From Zootoca vivipara (Eukaryota), in contig NC_083277.1 in NCBI RefSeq assembly GCF_963506605.1, positions 41,540,001 to 41,604,000 of the forward strand: a DNA stretch of 64,000 nt. Reading direction: 5' to 3'. The position numbers and the translations under genes are program-made. Positions 11,753-24,983 of the stretch are shown piece after piece (positions within the stretch are counted from its first letter, which is position 1; each line of letters starts with the position of its first letter). The notes beneath the pieces are model-generated. The model saw nothing but the letters and a program-made list of their open reading frames with translations. It made no database searches and was not told the DNA's origin.

Positions 11753-12991
11753 ATTACATGTGCTTCATTTTTAGCTACTGTTGATTTTAAACATCTTTTG
11801 AATACCTGTTTTAAACTGGGTTTTTTTGGATAATGTAAAGGATTTATTTTATATTGTTGTGAACTGCTTAGATGTGGTCTTTTCATGAGTGGTATATAAA
11901 TTTTGTTAAATCTGTTTGTTAAAATACCGTATATGCAGAGCAGATGCGCTGAAAACTCTGCCCTCTGCATTGGAGCACCACAGAGTGAACAGTTGTCAAA
12001 TTACACGGGGAGGGAATGCTAATAGACTGGAGAAAATACTTTCAAATTATGTGAATAAGTCTTGACATATGAGGCCTCCCCCTTCTCATCCCCTGGCACA
12101 GCTGTGGGGAGAATATCAGAAGTTTTCACTTCTACTTTCAGCTCCCCACAGTTTCTTGTCATGTCCAAAGTGGGGAATATGATTAGTTTTAACAATGGTG
12201 CATTGAAATAAGCCAGGATGAAATTCACAGGGTTTCCTGGTTTCTGTCCCAGTACATTTAAGTGTGTGGTAGATCAAGCTGCTTTTAGCATGAAAATGAT
12301 GATGATGATGATGACCTAGTTCTTAGGATCTGTGATCAAACATAAACATCAGAGCAAAGTATTTCTCAGGCTCTGCTCAGCCACTCCAATAAGAGATTAT
12401 TACCTTCCAAATGTTTGGTGAGAAGTGACCTTGGAGCACAGAGTTGAAGCTTGATTCCAAAACAATGGGAAAGAACATGCAAAAAGGAAACTCCTTAAGT
12501 ACCAGATGGTAATCTCAGGGCCAGTGGGAGAGAGGAGCAGGAAGCATGCCTAGAGGTCACACATAAAAAGCATGTCAGAATTTACTGTGGCCCTTAAGAC
12601 ACCAGTTTCAACAGCAGGCAAATGTGTTAATGGTAGCTGGTCAATCCATGACAAGACCATGCTCATCCACAACTTGCACACCCACAACATCTGGAAGACA
12701 CCCTCTTGACTACCTCTGGGGATCTGAATGAAAGAAGATGAGCGACCAACATCAGTCTGGAAGTGATGCTTCTTCATGAGGTCTCAAGACCCACTGCTGC
12801 CTAGATTTATGAGGTTATGGAGCATTCCTAGGCCGTGGAGCCAAGAGCCTTCACGGAAGTGGAAATTCACAGCATATGCATTGGACATACTGCAGTTGTG
12901 GCCAGCAGTGGACAAAAGACGCAGTACATGTGTAGAATAAAGCTGGTAGTTTCTCTTGAAGACAATGGACACTCAGCAGAGCACACAGCGC

Positions 12992-13176
12992 CAGTGGCGG
13001 AGGAACCTGTATGGAGTGCGCATTTGCAGCATCCCACACGTGCGATGCCCGTACGGACTGCACGCACCCTCGGCCGCTCTACAGCTGGGGGGAGGCAGGG
13101 GCCATCTTGTCACCCCCCCCAGAGTGTCACCCGGGGCAGCCTGCCCCCTCCACCCCCCCCACTTCATACACCCTTG
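12992..13176. mobile_element. GC-rich hAT-like MITE
   Basis: Termini cagtggcgga / tacacccttg; 8-bp TSD cacagcgc vs cacagggc (7/8). Confidence 0.65.
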
Positions 13177-13379
13177 CACAGGGCAACTGATGAACAAGCG
13201 TTCACTGCATACTCATAGAGGCCAAGCATCTGAAGCTATTAATACTATATAATCAGCTCAGCAGCACTAATGCTTTGCCCATTTCATGGCAAGAAAGGGT
13301 GGTGAATGGTATGCTGTGGAAAGTAGATTCAGTCCAGAAGATTGAAGTCATTATAATGGAGAGACTGCCAGCCACTCAC

Positions 13380-13560
13380 AGCAGCCTCTTCCTGTCCTTT
13401 CCCTCAACTCCCCTCCCTCCCTTGGAGCTTCTTGTGATCTATGGGGCAGAGGGAGGGAATCCAGCTTCCCAGGTAATAAAGGCAGCTGGCAGCAACTGCG
13501 CTTGGAGGATGTCATGGCAAAATCAGCCAGGCTATTTATAGGCAGCTAATTGATTAGGGT
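13380..13560 (-). promoter_or_regulatory. Candidate muscle-type promoter or enhancer with a short non-coding first exon
   Basis: CTATTTATAG at 13532-13541 is a canonical MEF2 site and reads TATAAAT on minus; E-boxes CAGCTG 13483-13488 and CAACTG 13493-13498; minus donor GCT|GTGAGT (plus ACTCAC 13374-13379). Confidence 0.45.
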
Positions 13561-14342
13561 GGTAGCAGCCAGAGGAAATGACTTTCAGGACTGACAGAGA
13601 GGCACCGCGTGAAGCGTTTTGGATACAGACCTTTAAGCAATCGGTGTCTTTCAGGCCCTTGAATGCAGAGAGTATTTGAAGGGGGGGGGGGATAATGAGA
13701 ACAAAGGCCAGCAGTGAACAACTTCAACAGCCTTTCTCAACCTGGTGCCCTCCAGAGGTTGGTAGGGCTCCAGTTCCCATCAGCCCCAATCAACCCAGCC
13801 ATGGCCAGGGATGATGAGAACTGGAGTCCAGCAACACTTGAAGAGCACCAGGTTGGGGAAAACAGGTTCGCTAGCTGGCCTCAGCTGTGATCCTTGTACA
13901 TCTGCATGTTGTACATAGGTTTCGGGTGCATTGGAAGACCAAGGCCAGCTTTTGAAATTCTGTGTTTGGATGCTGTTTTCTCCAAACCAGCCTCAATTGA
14001 GAAAAAGAATGATCTGGTCTGCATTTTAAGCTGTGAATGTGTATGCAGCCACTTGCTTAATATATAGGCAAATTGTGGCTGAACTATTATGAATTATTGT
14101 TTGCGAGAAATGGAATTAAACTTTCTAAAAAGAGGGTTTTGTTTAAGAAGACAACATTTCATTTACTGTCCTGGGTTTGGCTTATCCTGATGCTTTGACC
14201 ATGACAGTTGGTAACAAGGAATTGTAAGAGCAATCCTAGAGTAGAAAATTCAGGAGAGCTGAAGTAAGTTTTGGCTGTCCCAAATAAGTCTTTTTTCAAA
14301 GATATTTGCAAATGACAGTGAATGATGGATTCTACACCCTCA

Positions 14343-14347
14343 ACACA

Positions 14348-14419
<72 letters not shown>
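14343..14419. repeat. Compound (CA)n(GA)n microsatellite
   Basis: Direct reading. Confidence 0.98.
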
Positions 14420-14422
<3 letters not shown>

Positions 14423-15749
14423 CTTTGAGTGTAAAAACATTAAACTATAACTAGCATGATAATGAACCCATTGAAACTCAGGTATACAAAACAGGTAAAT
14501 TTGCTCCAATAAATTTAAAAAAATCAATTTTTTCTTTGACAAGAAGGGGTTGCCATATTGGTCAATATTCCTTTTATTTTAAAGGGGTGGGCCACAATCA
14601 GGGAGGGGGAGTGCACTGTAAGTTTCCCTGAGCTCCCTTGGGAGGAAAGGCAGTCTAGAAATAAAACAAGTACGGTAAATTGGGATTGCTTTAAAGGAGA
14701 CAGATTTTCCCACTAAATCATTTCCTCACCTGTGTTCCAGAAGAGGTTCGTTGAACCTTGCCAGAGGCATTGTGATCTTTGACTTGAAAGTACTAATGAA
14801 ATGGGAAGTATTAGTATGACAATTATACTGCATTATATCAAAGGCTGAAGCTTCTGCTGCAAAAAGAAAAAAAAATTAAGGAGAGATGGATTGTCAAATA
14901 CAAAGACTTGTGTTTACTCCTCAGCTTGTCAAGCCAGAAATTCTCCAATTACAACAGATCTATAACTATACCAGATCCAATTTCCCTAGTACTAACAGCC
15001 CTGTGCCTCCATAATTTACTGATTCAATGACTGATCTTGACCTCTCTCCTTGATGATTGACTCTGACCACAATCAGATTTCAGATTTTTGTGGAACAAAG
15101 TGCACCCCTCGCTACACCACCCATCCCTACCTTGCTACACGCAAAATAAAAATAAAATAAAAGGTGATCCCCTTTGGGGACTTCTAATGATAAAGGAAGT
15201 CCATCCAATGGTTAAGAATGGACACCTAGTTTGCTGTGGCTCACAGTAAACAAGAAACTGAAGTGACATTTCCCTGTAGCCACAATCTTTTGGCTCCCAG
15301 AACCCAGAAGTTCAGGTCACATTTACGACTGAGTAGACTGGATGTGGCCACACAGGGCACTTCCAGGTTGTCACTATTTGGGGATTCAATCACATCCCAG
15401 CAAGTTCCAGTTGCTGTGCAGTTGAAGCTGGTTTGGAGCTCTTGTGCAACAAAACCAACCACCACACCCCAAACCAGACTTTTTTGATAAGAAAAGTGAT
15501 GGGGAAATGCACTGGGTTATGTGGCATTTTTGAAGCAAACAACAAGGACAAAATCTGGAAGCCACAACAGAAAAGATCCTGCCCCAGGTAACCACCCCAC
15601 TGGCCTCTGACGGTGGAGACACCTGGAGCAGAACCTCAGTTGATGATCTCAGAAAACTGGAAGGTCCATATTGGGGAAAAAATGAGTCTTTAAGATAACC
15701 TGGTCCCTGGTTATAGGGCTTTATTGGTCAAAACAAGCTCTCTACACCA

Positions 15750-15862
15750 GTGTGGAGTAGTGGTTAGAGACTAGGACCTGGGAGACCAGGGTTCAAATCC
15801 CCACTTGGCCATGAAGCTCACTGGGTGACCTTGGGCTAATCACTGCCTCTTAGCCTAACCTT
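15750..15862 (+). mobile_element. MIR/CORE-type tRNA SINE fragment
   Basis: gtggagtagtggttagag...gggttcaaatcccca (A and B boxes) followed by CORE-like gggtgaccttgggc; a similar reverse copy lies at about 33600-33722. Confidence 0.75.
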
Positions 15863-15964
15863 GAGGGTGCCATGCCTGAGAGCTACCCAGAATCTTGCAG
15901 GCAGCACTAGTGCTGGGGACGGACGGACCCTGAAGCACAGTGAAGTACTGCTCAAATGTATTCA

Positions 15965-16193
15965 TTATAGTTGGAGGGTATGGAGTTATTTGACTCCCGA
16001 ACTATATGAAGGCAATCCTGTATAGGGAAGTTTTTTTAAAAAAAAGTTTAATGTTTTATTGTGTTTTTATATATGTTGGAAGCTGCCTAGAGTGGCTGGG
16101 GCAACCCAGTAAGATGTGTGGGGTATAAATAGTAAAATTACCATTATGGAATGGGATGTCCCTGTTTTCATTGGAGAAACGTTGGAGGGTGTG
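15965..16193 (-). mobile_element. Partial copy of a chimeric DNA element carrying an L2 3' piece
   Basis: Order ttggagggtatggagttat, L2 3' end, gggatgtccctgttttcattggagaaacgttggaggg mirrors the element at 54760-55071. Confidence 0.55.
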
Positions 16194-16971
16194 CTACCTG
16201 ACACCCTGGAGAGATGCTGCCAGTCAGTGTAAATGCTGAGTGAGATGGACCAATGACCTGACTTGTTGTATGGCACTTTCCTGTCTCCTCCTGCTACAAG
16301 GGGTGGATCCCGTGACATGAAGCAGGAGATTGCTCTATTCCACATCCTAAGCTAGGCAACAGCCTTTCCCACCTCAGATTAGCCTGTATTAGAGGTGCGG
16401 GACATAGAAGTCAAAACACGGCAGAGCAAGGCAGAGGAAAACGTTGCCAGTGCTTGTGCCACGAGGGCCCTTGCTGCAGAGCAGTAGAGCTAAGTTGGTG
16501 AGAGTCCGGCAGGAATCCTCTGTCTCTGAGTTTTCTCTTTTGGAAGTGGTGCTCTTTTCAACGGTTCTGTTATCAGATGGAGCATTTCCTTCATCAGTGT
16601 TAATATCCATGTAGTGAAACAATGAAAGGGCTTCCTATCAGTTCCAAATAGGACGTGAAAAGCTCTCAGCGTTAAGAGTAGAGGATGCGGGAATAGGGCA
16701 ATGGGAAACGCCTGAGTCACTGAAATGCCTCTTTGATTCCAGTAGTCTGATACCTTCAAAAGGATGGGGGGGGAGGAGAGGGGGAGAGAGAGACAGACAG
16801 ACAAAGCAGCCAGCTAATGGTCCAATTTGACAAGACAGGAAAGGAAAGGGATACAGTATGGATTCTACAGAAAAACTAGGGAGCAAACAGCAGGCTGGAG
16901 AACTGAAAAGCAGTTATTTTGGAGGGTATTTGCAGTTTGGGTCTCTTCATATAGTAAACATAGGAACAACC

Positions 16972-17161
16972 TAGGGTTGAGAGGTTGCATTTCAGTGTGA
17001 GCCTACATAATTTGCATTCCCAAAGCAATACACGAAATGCAGCTAGCCTCTGAAATTTGCAATTCTCCGAATTTCGTGAGGCAGCTCTCCAAGCCAAAGA
17101 AGGGTGCCTAAAAATGCACACGGTTGAGGTGGTGGGAAATGTACTCTGTCTCTCTCTCTCT

Positions 17162-17213
<52 letters not shown>

Positions 17214-17413
17214 TAACAACATACAAAACTGCATCATATTAGTGAAAATTGTTTAAAAAAATATTAGGAGAAACTTGCATTACAATGCTGGTGATTTGTT
17301 TCATTTTTTAAAAATCGCAAACTGATGCAGACATGTGGCAAATCTAATTTAAGACAGGGAGTAGTGGATGAGGAATTGAGAGAAACCAGAACTGAAAGAT
17401 TAATCTAGCCCTA
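16972..17413 (+). mobile_element. AT-rich hAT-type element (TAGGG termini) with an internal (TG)n
   Basis: Similar to the TSD-flanked copy at 53081-53494; termini tagggttg / ctagcccta. Confidence 0.65.
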
Positions 17414-19078
17414 AACAAATTTGTTTTATCACTGAGAATACACTCAGCATAAATTCCAGTGGCCTAACAAATATAGTACATGCTTGGAAAAGCCTATTTA
17501 TATTCACAGTTTCATTCACAGTTATATTCACAATGTTTAGGTGTGCACATTTTGAAGCAGTTTATGTGTACACCCCTTCAAAAGTATGCATAATGTGGGG
17601 CAAAAATTCCACACCACACCAGAGTCTGTTAAAAACACGCATGCTTACACCAAAAGTGAAATTGACCCATTGACTTCAACTTTGCTGTGATCCCGTAGCA
17701 GCTACAGTGTGAATCATTTTCATGTCACGTAACGACTTGGTATAAAGGCCATAAATACAGGCATATATTAACGAGGCTTTTGTCAGTATGTAATGGGAGC
17801 ATGATAGATTGCAACGCCCTGCAATTCAGCACAATGCAGGACAATGCAATGCAATACAATAAAAATGCAATACAATACTGCAGAGTGCCATGTAATTCAA
17901 TAAAATGCAATATCACCAAGAATCAAGACAATATTGTGGCGAGCAAGGAAACAAGAATGCAGTACAGCCTGCTTCAATGGCAGCAGGACAGAGCCATTTC
18001 AAGTGATAAGGCAGACCTAGCTGCTGTTTGAAGTCAGGGAGAATTTTCCCCCATTTATTCTGATGTGAAAAGAATTGGCCTTAATACTACACTACAGTAA
18101 TTATGGCTTTCTTGAAAGAATCTAATATAAGGCAGTCATCTCCTGCCCCTCTGTCCATGAACTGTAGAATTACTTCACAGATGACATTTCATCTACACAG
18201 AGTATACAGTTTTAGGAAAGATATTTACCTCATGCACCCCATAATGCAAGGCACTGGGTTGGCTATCCCTGCCATAATGTGTGACAAGCAAACACACATT
18301 TTGCCTTGGATACTCGTTTTTGGAAGCCTCTAGCCTGCAGTGGCTTCCAAACGTTTGTGCCTATGGAAAATGAGACATTGATGTGATTTCAAAAGCACAC
18401 CTCAGAGTGTTGGGACTTGAGATGCAAGGAAGGAAGAGGTGAAAAGCTTCATCTCTTCTGTTTCAGTCTCCGCTCTAGCATATAACAGTAAGCCCAAGCA
18501 ACCAGGAAGGAGCTGTGGGTAACTGGGCACACCTGGGAGAGGAGGCAATGTCATTGCCAACAGCCTGTAACGTCAGCAGCAGTGGCTGGAGGCACAGGTG
18601 TGGCAAGACAAGACTCCGAGAAAGTGGGGCTGAGTCCGCATTCTGTGCGCTCCCTGAATTTCTATCTCATCAAGGAACCGAGAACGAAACTTGTATATGT
18701 GAAAAACATGCATCAATTTTGAACACTGAATGATAAATGGATCAGTATATTTTCAATTTTAAAAAAATTACTAATTGCTTTTTTTAATTTCCTAGTTATC
18801 TGATTTGACTCTAGATAAATTTATTTGTCTGAGGAAGCAATTTTACTTTTTGGGGAAATGTTTCACTTTTTGGATTAGGTGTGTGTTGCACCACAAACGC
18901 CTGAGTTACTCTGTTTTGGGGGGGAAATATTTTTGGTACCTTCTGCGTTGCAGAAGAAAAGAAGAACTAAAATCCTATTACTGAAAATTAATAATAATTA
19001 CATAACTATATAAGCTAAATTATAATTATTTCATTATATATATTTATTTAGAAAATACTGGTATGCTGGTGTGTCTCT

Positions 19079-19100
19079 AGATAGATATAGATAGATAGAT

Positions 19101-19155
<55 letters not shown>

Positions 19156-19163
19156 GATAGATA
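19079..19163. repeat. (AGAT)n microsatellite
   Basis: Direct reading. Confidence 0.98.
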
Positions 19164-19250
19164 GTTTACAGCAAAAAAAGCATACAGTAAAACTAAATAG
19201 ATTTGTCTCCAAAGGAACATTACAAAAACATTTTATAAAAGCACTACATA

Positions 19251-19508
19251 CCGTGTTTCTCCTCTCCGAAAATAAGACACCATCTTATATTTATTTTTCC
19301 TTAAACCCCCCCCCAAAAAACACCACTATGGCTTATTTTCAGGGGATGTCTTATTTTTTTCCTCCTCCTTCTCCTCCTGCCGCAGCCGGCATTGCTGCTA
19401 CGCCTACCACTATGTCTTATTTTCGGGGTATGGCTTATATTCCTTGAATGCTTAAAAATCCTGCTACAGCTTATTTTATGGCTACGGCTTATTTTCGGAG
19501 AAACAGGG
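19251..19508. mobile_element. Tc1/mariner-type MITE (same family as 6570-6804)
   Basis: TIR ccgtgtttctcc / ggagaaacaggg, TA flanks, shared internal sequence. Confidence 0.9.
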
Positions 19509-19846
19509 TAATAAGTATCTTAATAGATGCATCTTCTACCACCCCAAAACTGAAAACTGTAACTTTTTCTCTCATGATTCATATTCATGGATAATTTTTC
19601 CATTAAAATATTTTAATATGAGATAGATATATTGATAACTCCACCTAATCAAGAATCTTTAATCAAACATATTTGGATCCAACCAATGACCTGTGCTGAC
19701 CATGCACCAATAATTCTGGTCCTAAAAGTACAAAATGTGCCCCAAGGTAAAACCTGGAGACTAAGCAATTATATTCTACAAAATACAGACCTAGTAATTA
19801 ATGTCTAAGTACATGTAGATTTTTTAAAGCAACATCTGCAGTAATT

Positions 19847-20279
19847 CATAACTGCCAAGTACCCCGTTTTCCCCGGGAAACCCCGTTTTTACTTACCTTT
19901 TCCCGGTGGTCCCCCGTATCACTTCGTCTCCCGTTTTTCTCCGTTATTTTCTCCTGCCGGCGGCCATTTTGTTTCTTTCTGATTTGCCCTTCTATGGGCA
20001 CCAAAAATGGCCGCCACCGGCTTCTAAAGTCACATCTATGCATGCCCGGAAGTGCATAGACACGACTTCCGGTGTCAGCGATGGCCATTTTTGGTGCCCA
20101 TAGATGGGCGGAGCGACACCAGAAGTTGCGTCGACGTACTTCCTGACATGCGTAGAAGCAACTTTTGAAGCCGGCGACGGCCATTTTTGGTGCCCATAGA
20201 ACGGCAAAGCATTGTTGCAACTTCCTGTGTCACACGGCTGCCGGTCCCGGATTCTGCAGTCCGGGACTTGGAAGGTAAG
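19847..20279. mobile_element. hAT-type element with internal inverted repeats, CpG-rich
   Basis: Termini cataactgccaagt / acttggaaggtaag; flanking duplication gcagtaatt; related termini at 39171-39518. Confidence 0.85.
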
Positions 20280-20918
20280 GCAGTAATTTGGGATGCAGCA
20301 AAGCTTACTTGAGAGGAATTCTAAAGCTGTGTTGACGTTCCTGTTTACTATGCTCTCACTGCATTTCCAGTGCTGGGTTTTCAACCTGTGTCCACACAAA
20401 ATTATCCAAAAAGCTTACAACCTGTACTTCCTTATAAGGCACTACTGTTTGGTGCATTGTTTTTCAAATCAGCTTCACGTCAGTTGGAGTCCTTAAGTCA
20501 TTGCTAACATGTCCCTAGCCATGGTAAAGACACCTTTGCATAGGGAAAAGACATCGCAGCCCACCCGGTCAATGCCTCCTGACGTGTACAGAAACAGAAA
20601 CAAATGGAAGCTGTGCTGATGTGAATAGTGTTAAAGGAATAAGTTTAATGTGCATAAAATGTTATGTGGAGGTTTGCATTTGCAGACTGTTTTTGCAGAG
20701 AGCTATAACAGGTGCAAAGGGTGCTTACACAGCTAAAGTTGCAAAAAAGGGGGGGTGGAGTATTTGTTTCAGTGTTTAAATTCATCGATGACTCATCCCT
20801 GGGAGTCTGAATCTCTTTCAGAAGTTGCCAGCATATTGAACAAGCAGCTTTCTGATACCAGTGAAAAAATAGTTATTGGGCTGTATTAATGAGTAAGAAC
20901 CTAAAGAAAACTGGACTG

Positions 20919-20998
20919 CACTGCTAGTTGATTAGGAGCAATGTGTTGTTTTGTATTTCACTGCTAGTTGTTTAGGAGCAATGTGTTGTTTTGTATTT
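20919..20998. repeat. 40-bp tandem duplication (one mismatch)
   Basis: cactgctagttg(a/t)ttaggagcaatgtgttgttttgtattt twice. Confidence 0.95.
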
Positions 20999-21239
20999 AC
21001 CACCTTTTTGCAACAAGTTTAAAGACAGTTTGCAGGAAAACTTTGTAACTCTTTGCTGGTGTGGAGAGCTTATTTATTCCTACTCTGCACAAGGTCCAGA
21101 TCAAAGAATTCAGCTCACATAACTCTTAACAAATAGCAAGTATGGTGGGGCAGTGCTATGAAATGCACCAGGGTTGGAAGGATGGTTTCACTGTGCTCTA
21201 AGGCAATAATGTGAATGCCGGACTGATTAGAAATTAGAA

Positions 21240-22950
21240 AACTGCCAACTAATGTAAAAAGGATTATTAACAGAATAGATTTGTGTATTAAGCTACAAAA
21301 AACAGTGGAACTCCTGTTCCTAGACACTGACAAAGCCTTTGACAGAGTGGAATGGAAATTATTGGTGAGGGTGTTGTAAGAATTCAACTCAAAGGAAATT
21401 TAAATCCTGGATAAATTTACTCTTCCAAAAACCCATTTCTAAAATATATGCCAATAACCTCTCAATTCCCAGTCAACTCAGTTTGAAATAGAATGTGGAA
21501 TATGTCAAAGACAGGGGTGGGAAGAAGCCTGCTTTATGGAGACATTGGCTCTGAAAGGGACTTCTCCTTTGTGCAGTTATTCCAGGGGGGAAACCACAGG
21601 GTCTGCTTGTTTTCTCTGGATGTGCCTCTTCCCAGGGCACAGATGTGTTGTGAAAACAAGCAGACCAAGGGTTTTTCCTGATGTTTCCTTTGACTTTATT
21701 CATCTATTCCCAGGAGACAACAGACATATGCATCGCAACAGAGCAGGTACAAACCAGGTATCCTCCTATGGTACAAACCATTAATATACATTTCGGATTC
21801 CCACTGCTTGTTAACAATAGGTAAAACTATTTTGAAAGTATGGTGTAAATACCAACAGATATTGTCCCCAAGTATCTCTCCCCTTACATCTTTTTAAACA
21901 AATGAATTCACAGAAATACTTGTAATTTTTTCAATATAATCCTGTGGGGGGGGGGTTGCATTTCCCAAACTGGTTTATTAACTGGTACATAATCTTATAT
22001 GATGAACAAGTAATAAAATAGCCAAAATTACATGGACTCCCACAATCATAAACTTCCTTTGAAAAGCTTCTGAATGATCTAGCTTTTTAAAAAAGTTTTA
22101 TAACTGGAATATAATGTTATTAGATATTAAGCTGAATCAGTTATCTCCATCAATTAAAAAGAGAGATTACCAGTTAATAAGTTACATACGAAGAATCGAC
22201 TTGGTTATTCAACACAATACCATCATTATTAGTAAGGAAATCTTTTCAGAATTCATACATTAGTGTCAGTTAATACCCTACAAAACAGGCAAAATTTACA
22301 GAACTAAGTTTGCCAGTGTCCCAAGCAGATACCATGGACTTTGTACACATTTTCTGGTCATGTGTCAGAGCAAAAAGAAATTGTGAAACAGGATGTTGGT
22401 GTGTTCCAAAATGATTCTTTTGTGCATAATTCAAAAAGAAGTAGAAAAAGTGCACATACAATTAGCCATATGATTTCTTATATACCTTCTCATATGAGGC
22501 TTTGCCTCAGTCATTACTGGGGGGGAAACCACTCTTCCTATATCAGACTGAATAAGGAAAATGCGGGAATCAGTCTTGTTATGTCAAGTAATGTATCAAA
22601 TAAAAAATGGAATAAGCCCCCAAGAAAACAAATTTATGGAAATATGGACACTGCAAGTTTCTGGGATGAGAAAATTGAAGATTATATTATAACTAGTTTC
22701 TGCTGCTCTAAAATATTCTTAAATATGTTGAACTGCTGTCTAACTGGAGGGGTAGGGGGTGGGCGTATAATATCAAATATATGAGTTTGATTCTCTAATC
22801 TTCAGTTGCTTTTTATTACTTTCTCTTTTGTTTTGATAAACTTTTTACCATTTTTTAAAAATTGTGCATGTCAGAGAGAAAGGTTCATCCTTGCTTTCTT
22901 CCTGTCATGCTATGTTTCCATGTGCGAGGAATCTTTCTTTTTAAAAGAGG
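21240..22950 (+). mobile_element. Highly decayed L1/Tx1-type LINE ORF2 and 3' region
   Basis: Fragments translate to LLFLDTDKAFDRVEWK (RT), GGLAFPNW and a Cys/His-rich DFVHIFWSC; many stops and frameshifts; A-rich plus strand. Confidence 0.75.
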
Positions 22951-23373
22951 AGCATTCATATATACTTTGCAGTCTGAGAACCTATACCACTTGACTCTGC
23001 TGACAGTAATAAACTGCCTTCAAGCACTTGCTCAGGAAAGGATTACATTTTCCTAAGAATTCAACATTGCAGTCTACTGGGGGAAAAGCAATTTCTCAAC
23101 AGTGGGTACTTCCCCGCAACAACTCAGCAATGAAATGTGCTTGTGTTTCATTGTATGGAAAGGCAGAGAGTGAAATTATATATTTCAGCTGTAATTCTCT
23201 ACATTTTGCATGCTGATTTACAATGGCAAACCATGTCAAAAGTGGCTCACAATGACATCAGAAAAGTTTCCTTAAAAGATCCTGCAACATTTGAAGGTGA
23301 TCTACCAGCAATTACACAATATAACAACTTAAATAAACATACATACATATGAACAGGGCAAACATCTCATATA

Positions 23374-23599
23374 CAGTCGTACTTCTGGTTAAGAACTTAA
23401 TTCGTTCTGGAGGTCCGTTCTTAACCGGAAACTGTTCTTAACCTGAAGCACCACTTTAGCTAATGGGGCCTCCTGCTGCCGCCGCGCTGCCGGAGCACGA
23501 TTTCTGTTCCCATCCTGAAGCAAAGTTCTTAACTTGAGGTACTATTTCTGGGTTAGCGGAGTCTGTAACCTGAAGCGTTTGTAACCTGAGGTACCACTG
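23374..23599. mobile_element. Tigger/pogo-like MITE
   Basis: Termini cagtcgtact / ggtaccactg, TA on both flanks. Confidence 0.85.
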
Positions 23600-23719
23600 T
23601 ATTAGTAATTCTACAGTAAGATTGAACAGTTCACTAACAACTCATGCTACTTCCTAACAGAGAATACAGAGTTACAACCCAAATAGCAATTTAGTACGGC
23701 TTATAAAAAATATAAAAAA

Positions 23720-24069
23720 GGGACCCAGGTGGCGCTGTGGGTTAAACCACTGAGCCTAGGGCTTGCTGATCAGAAGGTCAGCGGATCGAATCCCTGTGAC
23801 GGGGTGAGCTCCCGTTGCTCGGTCCCAGCTCCTGCCAACCTAGCAGTTCGAAAGCACGTCAAAATGCAAGTAGATAAATAGGAACCGCTACAGCGGGAAG
23901 GTAAACAGCGTTTCCGTGTGCTGCTCTGGTTTGCCAGAAGTGGCTTTGTCATGCTGGCCACATGACCTGGAAGCTATACACTGGCTCCCTCGGCCAATAA
24001 TGCGAGATGAGCGCGCAACCCCAGAGTCGTTCACAACTGGACCTAATGGTCAGGGGTCCCTTTACCTTT
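23720..24069 (+). mobile_element. Sauria SINE, full length
   Basis: tRNA-like head ggtggcgctgtgggttaaacc...gatcgaatcc, conserved body, cctttaccttt tail; TSD ttataaaaaatataa. Confidence 0.95.
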
Positions 24070-24634
24070 ATAAAAAATATAAGTCAGGTGGAAACCTGCT
24101 GTCCATCAGGTGCTGTTGTACTACAACTCCCATCACACCCAGACAGCATGACCAGTTGGCAGGGATGGTGGGAGTTGTATTCCAGCAACATCTAGACAGC
24201 AGGAGGTTAGCCTCTCCTGCCCTAAGTCAACCTGGAAATGAGTCAGATCCAGAGAAGGAGCATGGTCTTGCAGGACTGACACCTACACGGTCCATGTATA
24301 GGAGTGCACGACTATTATGCCAATAGTTTTGTTAAGAATCATTGAGTCATAGAATGGGAAACAACCCAGTGGATGATCTAATCCAGAAGTCTGTCTTTAA
24401 CCTCCAAAAAAAAAAACAAGTTTCCACAACCTCCTCAGGTGGCTTAGGCTGCAGTGCTTCCACTCCCTACTCACCACATTGGTGGCTGGGGAGAGTGGTT
24501 AGGTCGTGGTGCAGTTACTTCTCTGCCTGGCTCTGTCGGAAGAGAAGAGTACACTGTTGGGGAGAGGTTCAGTGTGGCAAGGAGGCCCTACCTCTTCCCA
24601 AGCGTGTAGTAAGCTACTGCCAAGGTTCCTCCTG

Positions 24635-24834
24635 NNNNNNNNNNNNNNNNNNNNNNNNNNNNNNNNNNNNNNNNNNNNNNNNNNNNNNNNNNNNNNNNNN
24701 NNNNNNNNNNNNNNNNNNNNNNNNNNNNNNNNNNNNNNNNNNNNNNNNNNNNNNNNNNNNNNNNNNNNNNNNNNNNNNNNNNNNNNNNNNNNNNNNNNNN
24801 NNNNNNNNNNNNNNNNNNNNNNNNNNNNNNNNNN
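24635..24834. other. Assembly gap (200 N)
   Basis: Run of N; a round length suggests a placeholder gap of unknown true size. Confidence 1.
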
Positions 24835-24983
24835 AAAAAAGTATCACAACACAACATAGTCGATTATTAATTAATGTTTCATTTTCTTTGCCTTTTGGTA
24901 TAGTATTTGTCTTTGTACAATGTTAGCTGCTTCGAGCTTCTGAGGAAAATTGGCGTACAAATAAAATGATGAATGGTGGAGGT

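Noticed and set aside
20919-20998. CRISPR-like repeat
   Set aside because: Two adjacent copies with no spacer in a vertebrate genome; a simple tandem duplication
24342-24926. ORFs spanning poly-X
   Set aside because: Artefacts of the 200-N gap
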